IMG/VR virus record: IMGVR_UViG_3300040971_000036
Span: 1 to 30,850 of that record
Direction: 5' to 3' (one strand)
DNA from: a virus
Lineage: Duplodnaviria; Caudoviricetes
Length of the DNA: 30,850 bases
Shown: in pieces, positions 1 through 9,325 of the stretch
Layout: every line of letters starts with the position of its first letter
Position numbering within the stretch: position 1 is the stretch's first letter
Translations under genes and position numbers: made by a program
The notes under the pieces: generated by a model
Told to the model about the DNA's origin: nothing
What the model saw: the letters and a program-made list of their open reading frames with translations, nothing else
Databases searched by the model: none

Positions 1-70
1 ACATGGACCCCGCCGGGGGCATATCCTCAGTCAACACGGCCACGCGGCCCTCAATGATTATTGCGTACAT
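1..70 (-). CDS. 5' fragment of small protein downstream of tail fibre (possibly tail-fibre associated), runs off window edge
   Basis: ATG at 70 preceded by GGAGG immediately after the tail-fibre stop; reads MYAIIIEGRVAVLTEDMPPAGSM; not in the ORF track. Confidence 0.6.
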   Translation of the reverse strand, partial: MYAIIIEGRVAVLTEDMPPAGSM

Positions 71-81
71 TTCGCGCCCTC

Positions 82-1701
82 CTATTCGAACCAGGCCAGT
101 GCGGCCCGGACTTGCTGGCCCTTGTTAGTTGTCTCAATGCACCACAACCCGGTGGACCCGGAGGCCAGCGCGGACAAGTCCACGGTTGCCCGCAGCAGCG
201 TGTAATCTGTGTCGTACTGGCACAGGGCGGCAAGGTCGGGTGCTGCTGCGTAGTCCGCCCCGCGAGATGCCTTGACGATGATGTCTGTGTTGTAGGTCAG
301 GGCATCCAACGCCTTGTGCAGCAGGTACAGCGTGGCCTTGGTGGGCGCGGACCCCAGGGCAATGCCAGCCGGAGTTGTGAGGGTCATGGAGGTGGTTCCA
401 GTAATGACTGTTGCGTCTATCCCCAGTGTAATAGCCTGACCGCCGAAAGTCTGCGTCGAGGTGATGTCACCAGCCAGCAACACTGCGGTCCCTGCGGCGG
501 TGTACGCATTAGCCAGGATGCCAGCAGAGTACAGGGCCAGCCTATCACCCGCCTGGACCGCAAACGGCGTGGCGAACTCAATCGTGTTGACTCCATTCAC
601 AGACGTGACAGCCTGACTTTCCCCGACGAAACTGTACTGTGTTCCGCTGATGAGGCGGAAGACCTTCACTTTGCAGGAGATTCCAGCAGACGTTGTGTAG
701 AACCGCGCAGACTTAATGAGTCCAGTTGGCAGCGCAAAGTTCAGGTCGATGGTTGTATAACCCGCACTCAACTGCGAGGCCCGCAAAGTTGCGCCATTGC
801 CCACGACAGTGGCGGACTGGTTACTGTACCGCTTATTCGCAGCCTCGTAGACAGCCCCGCCGCCCTTGGTCATTTCATCCGTGGCGAACAGCCAGATGCC
901 GCCCTTTGGCATAGGACCAGTTACGCGGCCCACCTGAATGTGCGCAATGAAGGCGTTCATGGCCGCATTGTCGCGGGCGGCTTGGTCTACGCCGCCAACG
1001 CTGGAGGGGATGATGGAGCTAACCAGTTTTCCCCCGGCGTCGAGGACGGGCACGTTGCCTACGCTTGTACCCGTATTCGCCAGCGCGGCGCTACCAAGTC
1101 CCAGTGCTGATCTGGCATTACTTGCGGTTGTTGTCCCCGCGAGCGTCAGGCCGAAAGCTCCGAAAGTAGGTACGCTTGCAGCAGCAGCTTCGGCATTTGT
1201 TTCTGCGAGTTCTGCGGCGATGCGGGCCGTGTTCGCTTGGCTGGCAGAGGCCGCGGCGGCGGCAACATCGCTTGCGAGTCCTGCCAGTAAATCGTCTGGA
1301 TTTGTGGTGCTGGATATCTCCACTTTTACGGAGCGGTCTATCTGCTCCTGTAAACTCTGACAAACCATTGTTAGGAGATCAAGCGCACCCTCATGAGTCT
1401 CGGCAGGAAACGCCGAGTTCTCAACGTAGTCCACTTCCTGCACAATACCGGGAGCACGCGCGATTACCAGCGACTCGCCAACAGCGAGGGCCACGGTGAG
1501 CGTCAGAGAGCCGCCAGCGGCATCGCCAGCGCCAGTGAGCGTGTAATCGGTTGTCAGAGCAAGCACAGTCTCAACGCCCGCACTGCTGCGCTTTGTAGCG
1601 GTGAGGTCTGCGTTTTTCGTGAACTTGTACGTAATCGGGAACGGCCCATTGCTGCCGCTCCCGTTATACGAGACCTTTGACGTGGTGCTGGCTATGGTCA
1701 T
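82..1701 (-). CDS. Tail fibre / receptor-binding protein with T7 gp17-type N-terminal anchor
   Basis: N-terminus (SYNGSGSNGPFPITYKF...DYTLTGAG...FPAETHEGALDLLTMVCQ) matches the podovirus tail-fibre anchor. It is followed by an Ala-rich coiled coil, an ARSALGLGSAALANTGT repeat-type motif and a beta-rich C-terminus, and it lies after the ejection genes. Confidence 0.85.
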   Translation of the reverse strand: MTIASTTSKVSYNGSGSNGPFPITYKFTKNADLTATKRSSAGVETVLALTTDYTLTGAGDAAGGSLTLTVALAVGESLVIARAPGIVQEVDYVENSAFPAETHEGALDLLTMVCQSLQEQIDRSVKVEISSTTNPDDLLAGLASDVAAAAASASQANTARIAAELAETNAEAAAASVPTFGAFGLTLAGTTTASNARSALGLGSAALANTGTSVGNVPVLDAGGKLVSSIIPSSVGGVDQAARDNAAMNAFIAHIQVGRVTGPMPKGGIWLFATDEMTKGGGAVYEAANKRYSNQSATVVGNGATLRASQLSAGYTTIDLNFALPTGLIKSARFYTTSAGISCKVKVFRLISGTQYSFVGESQAVTSVNGVNTIEFATPFAVQAGDRLALYSAGILANAYTAAGTAVLLAGDITSTQTFGGQAITLGIDATVITGTTSMTLTTPAGIALGSAPTKATLYLLHKALDALTYNTDIIVKASRGADYAAAPDLAALCQYDTDYTLLRATVDLSALASGSTGLWCIETTNKGQQVRAALAWFE

Positions 1702-4700
1702 TGTTGGGCCTCCTGCCTCATTTGTGTTTGCAGCTTCTCAATTTCAATACGCTCGGCGATTCCACCGGGGACGCCCTGTGATCTTGTGACGAGTTCGTAT
1801 CTAGCCTGTTCGCGGAAGTCTCCGAACACCTCACGAATCATGTTCGACTTGATACCGTCAGGACCGCCGCTAGCCGCCGTGAAGGTCTCGGACGCAACCA
1901 CGTTTTGCAGGGCCTCCACCAGCCCCAAGTCACGCGGCAGCATTTGGAACGTGTCGTACTCTTCCGGGGTCAGCTCGACCTTGACGCCCTCCCAGTGCAG
2001 CACCTTGCCCGGCCTGGGAATCGGCACATTGTTTTCCATGATAGCCTTATCAATCGCGTACGTCGGGCTATTCCCCGCGTTCTTGATTTCCGACTTGCGA
2101 ACCGGGTCAACCGTGCTGGAAAGCCACACTTCGCCCATCGTCACCGCTTCGCCGTATCTGTTGCGGCGCGGATACAGGTCGCCAGAGTAGCCGGGAAGCG
2201 AGTTTTTGAGCGCGTCCGAAACAGTTCTGACCTCGCGCACAACTGGGTCAACGTCGCGGCGTATGGCCTTGACGGGCGAAGGCACAAACGAGGCCGCAAA
2301 CTGTTGTGCGTATCTGTCCCCGTAGCGGTCAGGGTCCTGGAGCACGTCAATCATGCCCGCCAAGCCCTGCATAAATGTCTTGCTCGTGACAGCCTGGCTG
2401 AATGCCCCAGCCACCATCATCGCCGCGTTGTTGCGTTCATTCTCCTCAAGGTAATCATCGAACAGTGCGATGTCGGCGGCTGCACCGATAACCATACTAA
2501 ATGGTTCCATCGCCTGATATGATATCCACTTGTCGCCCACCTTGACGCTGTACGGTTGCCAGCCGACAGCCTTCAGGTTTTCCTTTTGCTTCGTGTCGGA
2601 CGGACCTCCTCCGGTGATGAGGCCAGCGGACGCCGCCTGCGCCGCCATGAATCCCAGGGTGCTACCCAGGGCGATGCGCGAAATAGCCATGTCACGCGCT
2701 GCGCCACCGTTGATAAGATCCTGCTGTACACTCGGCATGAACGGTGCGAACGGGCTGCGCTTAAGCCCGTAGCTGACGAGGTTAGCCGGGGTGCGGAAAA
2801 ACGGCACGGCCAAGCGGAACAGCTTTCCGGTGGGCACGTCGTAGGTCTTGCCGCTTTTCAAGGTTACGGTCTTGTCCGTCCCAAGTGCGCCCTGCAACTT
2901 TGTCATACCCTCGCCAAGTGCGTTGGTAAACGTCGAGTAGTGCGCGAAGTCCATAGCCTGCATCTGTAAATCCCAGGGCGGATTCGTCACAAGCTCCTGA
3001 ATCCTGTCCGCGAACTCCTGCCCCTTCAACCCCTCGGCAGACGCAGCCCGGTGCGCCCTGGCGTTAAGCTCCATGCTGTAGCCAATGGCCTTGAAGAAGT
3101 CGTCCTCTGCACCCAGAAGCATATTCCCGGTGCGTAGGCGCTCCGCCGTGAAGTCGATCATCTTGCCCCACGCGCTTTCAGCATCAACGCCCATGTTCTC
3201 GGCAGTAATTGCGCGGCGTGTGGTTTCCAGCTTGCCCAGCGGGTCGGTGCTCTCGCCAGTACGCACGGCGCGCACAAAGGCGGTAGCACCAGCGCGCAAT
3301 CCCTCGATACCGCCATACATCATCGCCAGCGTCTCACCCACCTCTACGCGGTCTATGGCACCCTTGCTGAACAGGCCTCGCACGGCTCCCATGCCCTCAG
3401 CTACGGCGCGCTCCGGTATCTGCGACATTAGCGCAATGGAGTTGCCGAGTGTGTTCTTAAGGTGAGTCGCCGGGTTCGCCAGCATCGCCATGTAACGCGC
3501 CTCAAGAATCATGTCGAAGGTGCTAGCCCTTTCAACCTTGCGGGCAAAGCGCGCAATCTCTTCAATGTCGAGCTTTCCGTCTGCGTTCAGGCGCGACATA
3601 TCGAGGATGGAGTCCATGATAGCGTCAGCATTTCTATCGCCACCATGCTTGCGGGCGAGGTCGGCAAAGGCCGTGCTGATGAGCTGCGTGCGGACATCCC
3701 CGACAGGACGCCCCATAATGTTGAGTGCGCGCCCGGCTTCAGCAGCCATGCCGTCACGTGCTGCGGTTACGGCAGAAAATACGCCCCAAGCCTTTGCCGC
3801 TGCATCCTTGTCGGCCTGCTCCCCAGTCTGCTTTGCGCGGGCAATGAGATCCGCAGTCTGCGCCGCGAACTCGGCCTGCAACTGGCGGGCGGCAAGCAAC
3901 TGCTCTGCGTTTCCGGCCTGGCCTTCCTTGCGAAACAGCAAATCGCTCACGCGTGTTTCACTTTCTCGCGCGGCCTTGTCCGTTTCTTCCCACGTCCTCA
4001 CGCCGCGCGTAGCCTGCTCAAATGCGCCTGTCTCGCGGTTGTGCCGCGAAACATCGTTAATGAGCTTGAGCACATCCTCTGTGCTATTGATGCGCTGCAA
4101 GTTGGTATTGCCGCCCTCGGCATATTTCTGGTCAAGCTTCGGCGCTGGCGTCGGGTCGTAGATGATCTCATCAACGGGGCGGACCTGGTAGTACGTCTTG
4201 TCAATGGCGATCTGCGCGTCGTCGAACACCACGTAGTTATGGCTGCCCTCGCCCGCGCTGCGGCTGGTGCCGTCAAGGTAGCGCAGGCCGGGGATGCCGA
4301 TGGACTTGAGGTACTCGGATGCGGCACGCTGCGATCCGTACTCGGACACCAAGCGGCCATAAATGCCCTGCCCGGTCATCTCGGAAAGACCCTGGCCGAG
4401 CATCCGGTCTACGTCTTTCTGCGTCAGATCGAACTTGGAATCCCCAGTGACAAGAACCCAAGGGGCTACGCTGCCGGGCTTGGCCTGACCCTTGCGGTTG
4501 TCGCGGATGGTCGCTCCGCCGCCCATGTCGAAGCCGTCTGCGGACTTCGGCATCTTCAGCTTGATGCTCTCCAACGCCTTTTTGACCTGCTCCGGCTGCT
4601 CGGACAGAGGCTTGTCCCAGTCCAGCATCGTTTTCGGTTCGGGGATGGTGACTTCGTAGAGCTGGCCTTTACGCTTTTCGCGAACACCGGAAATGAGTTC

Positions 4701-6566
4701 AGCAATCTTCTCAACCGAAAGGCTACGGCTCGCCGCGTTGGCATACTGCACCCGCTGTGCCGCCGTTGCTGCGTCGGCATCCGTGTTGGCCTGCCGGATA
4801 ACTTCCGCACGCCCCCCAGCGTTCAACGGGATGCCGAGCCTTTCAGCCTCCGGGCCGATGTCGAAAGCCTTGTGGGAAAGCGCGGTGCGGTAGTACTCCG
4901 CGACTTCCTTGTTCCCCGCGAAGTACAGCCCCCAGCCATACGCCTGCGCGCCCTCGCCGCTGCCGATGTGGTCCAGGGTGAACTTGTCGAAGCGGTACGG
5001 CGAGCCGTGGTAGGCTGCCTGAAAATTCTCGCTTGTCTCCCCAGGCTTCATCGCCGGTGCACTCCCGTCTTCCTTGGCCCCAGGCACACCGCGCACGGCC
5101 TGCACGAAGCTATCCCAGCGCGTCTTGCCAGCGTCCACGGCCTTGAGCCATGCCGGGCGGTTCGCGGCCTTCTGTGCGGCCACTTGGTCTGCGAATAGTT
5201 TGTCCGTCGCGCCCTTGGCATAGAACTCCGCCTCGGACATGACCGGGGCACCCTCGGCAAGCCCGGTCTTGTAGGCGTCATAGGCGCGAGTGACGGCGCG
5301 GCGTTCGGAGGCCGGAAGCCTGTCGTACTCCCGGTGCATCCATTCCTCTACCAGCGTGTTCGCCTTCGCGCCCTGGTACAGCTCAATCGCCGTGCTGTAT
5401 GTTCCGTCCTCTGCGGCCCGCGTGGTTGTTTTCCCGGTGATGGCGTAATCCTTGGCAGGGTCAGGCACCACCCCCTGGTCGGCAAGTATCCAATCATCCA
5501 CGCCCTTACGCAGAAGGTTCACCCTGTCAATGACAGCCATGCTGGTGTCGTTCAGGGCGGTTCCGCCGCGCATCAGGTCGGCAGTGTAGAACTCTTTCGC
5601 CAAGTCCTTGGTGAGCGTGTCAATGCGGCCCTCTTGCTCGGCCTTGTAAATCTCATTGCCCTGTTTGGAGGTCTCAAACCAAGTGCCAGCGTCAACTCGC
5701 TGACGCATACCGGCCTTATTGCCAGGCTTCATGCCACCAGAAAGCATCATTCCAAGCCCGACACCAGCGGCCTCGGCAGTCTCTCCGGCGTCTATAGTCC
5801 CCGTGTGCCCCAACTGTTCGACAACGCTCTCTCCGGTCATGTAGGTAGTGCCAGCCGCGATACGTGCCGCGGGGTCTAGTCTGTGCGCCGCCTTGAATAC
5901 TGATCCAGCGGCGGCTCTGCGGCTAGCGGAGTAGAGCGCGTCCACAATATTGCCGTCCTCGGAGAATCCGCGCAGAGCAGCAAACATTTTTCCGTATGCA
6001 AACTCCATGAGCGCAGGGCCAGAGCCAATCAACCCACCGACGACTCGTGTCATGTAGTCATCAATACTCACCTTGCTATGGTAGTGCTCGGCCCAATAGT
6101 GTACATCGTTTTTCAGTTGCTCAAAAACCTGCGGCTTACCCTTTCTCATTTTCCGCGAAACAATATCTGCCAGCCCGTCAAGCGTACCATACACAGTTTC
6201 AGCAGAAGAATTTAGAGCAATGGATAGCCCTTGCGCCCCCTGGCTCTTTGCGGCCTGCACAGAACTTTCTACAAGGCCAGCCTGCGAAGGGTCGTAAGCT
6301 TCCTGCGCTGTGGGTGCCGCCTTCGCCTTCTGTGTCTCCTGGGGCGTGCTGGCGCGAATTGAGACGGGTTCCTTCGGTTCTTCAGGCATCTTGCCAAGGT
6401 CGCCCGTGGGCGACATGACGGACGGCGTTTCCGGCCCCATGATTCCAGCGGAGCGGGCGGCATCGCGCATCTTGTCCAGGATACCGCGCGCAGCTTCGTT
6501 CGTCGGGGAAGCTTCGCGCTCCGCGTCGGCCCGGTATTCCTGATACTTGTAAAGCAGCTTATCCAT
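1698..6566 (-). CDS. Large internal virion / DNA ejection protein (T7 gp16 position), polyvalent: ART-like module and LPD38-like C-terminus
   Basis: ~1622 aa from ATG 6566 (AGGT RBS). Last and largest gene before the tail fibre. Motifs YHGSPYRFDKFTLDHIGSGEGAQAYGWGLYFAG and GLITGGGP...GWQPYSVKVGDKWISYQAMEPF. Confidence 0.8.
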   Translation of the reverse strand: MDKLLYKYQEYRADAEREASPTNEAARGILDKMRDAARSAGIMGPETPSVMSPTGDLGKMPEEPKEPVSIRASTPQETQKAKAAPTAQEAYDPSQAGLVESSVQAAKSQGAQGLSIALNSSAETVYGTLDGLADIVSRKMRKGKPQVFEQLKNDVHYWAEHYHSKVSIDDYMTRVVGGLIGSGPALMEFAYGKMFAALRGFSEDGNIVDALYSASRRAAAGSVFKAAHRLDPAARIAAGTTYMTGESVVEQLGHTGTIDAGETAEAAGVGLGMMLSGGMKPGNKAGMRQRVDAGTWFETSKQGNEIYKAEQEGRIDTLTKDLAKEFYTADLMRGGTALNDTSMAVIDRVNLLRKGVDDWILADQGVVPDPAKDYAITGKTTTRAAEDGTYSTAIELYQGAKANTLVEEWMHREYDRLPASERRAVTRAYDAYKTGLAEGAPVMSEAEFYAKGATDKLFADQVAAQKAANRPAWLKAVDAGKTRWDSFVQAVRGVPGAKEDGSAPAMKPGETSENFQAAYHGSPYRFDKFTLDHIGSGEGAQAYGWGLYFAGNKEVAEYYRTALSHKAFDIGPEAERLGIPLNAGGRAEVIRQANTDADAATAAQRVQYANAASRSLSVEKIAELISGVREKRKGQLYEVTIPEPKTMLDWDKPLSEQPEQVKKALESIKLKMPKSADGFDMGGGATIRDNRKGQAKPGSVAPWVLVTGDSKFDLTQKDVDRMLGQGLSEMTGQGIYGRLVSEYGSQRAASEYLKSIGIPGLRYLDGTSRSAGEGSHNYVVFDDAQIAIDKTYYQVRPVDEIIYDPTPAPKLDQKYAEGGNTNLQRINSTEDVLKLINDVSRHNRETGAFEQATRGVRTWEETDKAARESETRVSDLLFRKEGQAGNAEQLLAARQLQAEFAAQTADLIARAKQTGEQADKDAAAKAWGVFSAVTAARDGMAAEAGRALNIMGRPVGDVRTQLISTAFADLARKHGGDRNADAIMDSILDMSRLNADGKLDIEEIARFARKVERASTFDMILEARYMAMLANPATHLKNTLGNSIALMSQIPERAVAEGMGAVRGLFSKGAIDRVEVGETLAMMYGGIEGLRAGATAFVRAVRTGESTDPLGKLETTRRAITAENMGVDAESAWGKMIDFTAERLRTGNMLLGAEDDFFKAIGYSMELNARAHRAASAEGLKGQEFADRIQELVTNPPWDLQMQAMDFAHYSTFTNALGEGMTKLQGALGTDKTVTLKSGKTYDVPTGKLFRLAVPFFRTPANLVSYGLKRSPFAPFMPSVQQDLINGGAARDMAISRIALGSTLGFMAAQAASAGLITGGGPSDTKQKENLKAVGWQPYSVKVGDKWISYQAMEPFSMVIGAAADIALFDDYLEENERNNAAMMVAGAFSQAVTSKTFMQGLAGMIDVLQDPDRYGDRYAQQFAASFVPSPVKAIRRDVDPVVREVRTVSDALKNSLPGYSGDLYPRRNRYGEAVTMGEVWLSSTVDPVRKSEIKNAGNSPTYAIDKAIMENNVPIPRPGKVLHWEGVKVELTPEEYDTFQMLPRDLGLVEALQNVVASETFTAASGGPDGIKSNMIREVFGDFREQARYELVTRSQGVPGGIAERIEIEKLQTQMRQEAQQ

Positions 6567-6573
6567 GCGGCAC

Positions 6574-7929
6574 CTATTTCTTTGTCTGGTTGGCAACCCA
6601 CTGGCGGGCGGCGGCGATTAGGGCGTCGGCTTGCGCTTGCTTCAGGTCTCCCTTGGCAACGCGGGAAATAACGGACTGCTCATATTGCGAAAGATTTTGC
6701 TGGTTCGCTTCGCCGCTGAAGCCACGCGGGGCATTTGTTTTTGACATACGGGCACGCCTAACGTCTTCTGCGGCCTTTAGTGGGTCTTCCCCGGCTTGCA
6801 CTCTGCGCTGAAGGTCAAGTAAATCATCTTGCTCTTTCGTCTTGTATTGCGGATCGTACTTGCGCGTCATTTCCGGGTAGGCACCCTTGACCAAATCCTT
6901 TGCGGCCTTTGTTTGCGGAGTAGCATCAAGCGGGTCTGGACGCGACTCTACGGCGCGGATAGTCTCCGGTGTGGCGTGCGGGCTGCTCAAAACACGTTGC
7001 CTGTGTGCCTCCCAGGCTTCGGGCGTAGCCGTGCGCTGAAGGCGGGCCGTGGCCTCCTGTAAGTCGCGGTTCAATTGCGCCTTCCCCTCTGTCTCCCGCT
7101 TCTCTGAAATTCTGACGGCCTCACGTGTACGCTCTGCAAAGATAGTCTGAGTCATGCGCTCAAGCGCGGCTATGCCGTCTTTGCCAACTAGGCGTTTCCA
7201 TGTGTTGCCCTGCGAGTCAATGGGCATATCTTTCTGCCACTGCTCGTAGGCATCGCGCCAGTTCGGCTTGAGCAAGTCGCCCCGGAAGATGTCGCCGTAG
7301 AACTGTTGCCTATCCTTCACCTTACGCACTTCGGCGTCAATGGGAGAAAGCAGGCCAGCGGCAACCTGGGCGTCAACCAATTTGTACTGGTCCAAAAGGT
7401 ACTGTTCGCGCTCGGTGTTGTTGCTGGTCTGCATTCCCAGCGCCACCTTGTCGGCAAGGCTGCTGTCCATCGTCAACCCAGCGCGCTTCTCCACGGCCTT
7501 GTATACCGATTCACGAACCTTGCCGTTAAATGTTTCCTCATGCTGCGCGAAGTAGTCTTGAAGCGGCTTGGCGGCACCGCCCGTCACGTCCTTCATGGTC
7601 TCATATTTGATCTTTGAGTGCAGATCACCCCAACGTGACATATCTTCCATAGGGTTGCTGCCGTCCACGGAGTTGGAGAAAGTCGCGAGGGCTTCCCCTA
7701 CGCGCTTGCCGTACTCCGCACGCTTCTGCGCCACGGTGTTCAGGTCCGCCGCACGCTGCAAGCCGTCGATAAACTTCACTCCGCTATCAGCCAGCGAGGC
7801 AAGCCCCTGCCAGCCAGCACCCGCGGCGCCCACGTCCATGCGAACAGGCCCACCCGGTCCGCTTACCTGTGGTGCGCCGATGCCCGGCGTCATCTCTTGG
7901 TACTGCGTGCCGCCACTGTTACGCGCCAT
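6574..7929 (-). CDS. Internal virion / ejection protein (T7 gp15 position)
   Basis: 451 aa helical, charged protein with a Gly/Pro-rich N-terminus; synteny between gp14-like and gp16-like genes. Confidence 0.65.
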   Translation of the reverse strand: MARNSGGTQYQEMTPGIGAPQVSGPGGPVRMDVGAAGAGWQGLASLADSGVKFIDGLQRAADLNTVAQKRAEYGKRVGEALATFSNSVDGSNPMEDMSRWGDLHSKIKYETMKDVTGGAAKPLQDYFAQHEETFNGKVRESVYKAVEKRAGLTMDSSLADKVALGMQTSNNTEREQYLLDQYKLVDAQVAAGLLSPIDAEVRKVKDRQQFYGDIFRGDLLKPNWRDAYEQWQKDMPIDSQGNTWKRLVGKDGIAALERMTQTIFAERTREAVRISEKRETEGKAQLNRDLQEATARLQRTATPEAWEAHRQRVLSSPHATPETIRAVESRPDPLDATPQTKAAKDLVKGAYPEMTRKYDPQYKTKEQDDLLDLQRRVQAGEDPLKAAEDVRRARMSKTNAPRGFSGEANQQNLSQYEQSVISRVAKGDLKQAQADALIAAARQWVANQTKK

Positions 7930-8551
7930 AGATGCTTCCCCCGTACTTCTTGGCCCCGCCGATTAGCAGCGTGCCGCCAGCGGACAAAGCACCAGTTGTG
8001 CGCGCCGTGGTGCCCATGTAGGAGTCAAGCGCAGACTGCGTGCGGAGCTTCGCGGCCTGTTGTGCGGCGCTGTAATACACGTTCTCCACTTCCATAGCGC
8101 CCGTCTGCTGCATCTGTGTCAGGTTGAATTCGTCCTGCCAGGCCGCGCCGGATTCAACGGCTATCGGGCTACCAGCAAGAGTCACGCCAGATGTGCCCTG
8201 TGCCACGTTGCGCCGGGCCTTGGCCTGCTGCTGCGCCTTAGAAAGCTGCTCCGCCTCGATCCTGTTCTTGCGCTCAAGGGCAAAGGCGTTGCGGGCCGCT
8301 GCGTCCTCGGTGGCAAGCGCTGCCTGCGAAGCGGCTTCGGCGTTGTAGTCAGCAGCGCCACCCTGCGCCAGACCGCCCGCCAGGAGAGAGCCAGCGGAAA
8401 GTGCCGTGCCAACCGTTCCGAGCGTGGTCATTGCCGAAAAGGCACCAGCCGACCCGAAGAGGCCCGTAGTCGCTGCCGTAGCCGCCGTGGTGGCGGTAGC
8501 TGCGGTGCCCGCCGTGCCGAAGGCAACCGCCCCTAATTCGAGTCCGCTCAT
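7919..8551 (-). CDS. Small internal virion / ejection protein (T7 gp14-like)
   Basis: 210 aa; Ala/Gly/Thr-rich hydrophobic ends around a Gln/Ala coiled coil, SGVTLAGSP motif; synteny. Confidence 0.75.
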   Translation of the reverse strand: MSGLELGAVAFGTAGTAATATTAATAATTGLFGSAGAFSAMTTLGTVGTALSAGSLLAGGLAQGGAADYNAEAASQAALATEDAAARNAFALERKNRIEAEQLSKAQQQAKARRNVAQGTSGVTLAGSPIAVESGAAWQDEFNLTQMQQTGAMEVENVYYSAAQQAAKLRTQSALDSYMGTTARTTGALSAGGTLLIGGAKKYGGSIYGA

Positions 8552-9003
8552 GCCCAGACCCTCCCGAAGTGTATGAAGTCCTCGCCGCCTGGGCCGTAGC
8601 CAGGAGCGTAGCCCTCGATCTCAAACCCAAGCGCCTTGGCCCAGGCGATAGCCGCCGTAAAGTTGACGCTCACGTGTGCGCCGATGCGATGATAGCCCTG
8701 ATTCCTGTGCAGCCAATCCAGCCCACGCAGGGCGATGGACGTGACAAGTTTCGGGCATTCGCTTATCAGGTCGCTTGTCAGCACCCATCCTTCGCCCACG
8801 CCGCCCCACAAAGGCCGTACGCCCATGCAGGCGACAATCTCACGCCCCTTGAATATGCTGATGCCTGTGTAGTGCTCCTGCGGACCACGGGGCGACTTCA
8901 CGTCAAACGCGCGCTGCTCAATCACCGCGGCATGGTGGCGGCAGAATCGGCGCACCGTGTACTTGCCCCAACGGCCAAGGATGCGGCGCTCTGCGCTACT
9001 CAT
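8548..9003 (-). CDS. GNAT-fold protein (T7 gp13 / internal virion protein A-like)
   Basis: IVACMGVRPLWGGVGEGW...RIGAHVSVNFTAAIAWAKALGFEIEG resembles a GNAT core; position after the tail nozzle. Confidence 0.75.
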   Translation of the reverse strand: MSSAERRILGRWGKYTVRRFCRHHAAVIEQRAFDVKSPRGPQEHYTGISIFKGREIVACMGVRPLWGGVGEGWVLTSDLISECPKLVTSIALRGLDWLHRNQGYHRIGAHVSVNFTAAIAWAKALGFEIEGYAPGYGPGGEDFIHFGRVWA

Positions 9004-9325
9004 TGTACGGACTCAAGCCCTTGCTTCTGCGTTCAAGCGCGTGGTCTAGTGCCTTCATTACGCTCTTTCTAGGAAGCCTGCCCCCTTTCGCCATAACGTC
9101 CAGGTCTTCCTTTGTGCTACCCGGATGAATCAGCGGGAAAGCTATTGTTTCTCCGTTCACGTCCATTTCTGCGGTCTGCTCGGTCATTACCCCGCCGTCA
9201 GCAGTCGGTATCCTACCAAGCCAGCCCACGCCCTTCCGCGATCCATCTTGGCGCAGGTCGTTTGCGTTAGGCTCCCACTGCGCCGCATCGCCGCCTTTTC
9301 CACCCTGCATTCCTAGGCTACTCAT
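8996..9325 (-). CDS. Hypothetical protein in tail/ejection module
   Basis: 109 aa ORF overlapping both neighbours; globular-looking RQDGSRKGVGWLG...MTE...FPLIHP...GLSPY core. Confidence 0.7.
   Translation of the reverse strand: MSSLGMQGGKGGDAAQWEPNANDLRQDGSRKGVGWLGRIPTADGGVMTEQTAEMDVNGETIAFPLIHPGSTKEDLDVMAKGGRLPRKSVMKALDHALERRSKGLSPYNE

Noticed and set aside
61-1110. 349 aa plus-strand ORF
   Set aside because: Antisense shadow of the tail fibre gene; no RBS or protein-like composition
1-1701. Diversity-generating retroelement, suggested by the BPP-1-like head module
   Set aside because: No reverse transcriptase or TR/VR repeat pair is seen, and the fibre C-terminus is not recognisably C-type-lectin-like; one could lie outside the window
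3462-5198. 578 aa plus-strand ORF
   Set aside because: Antisense shadow of the GC3-rich ejection gene
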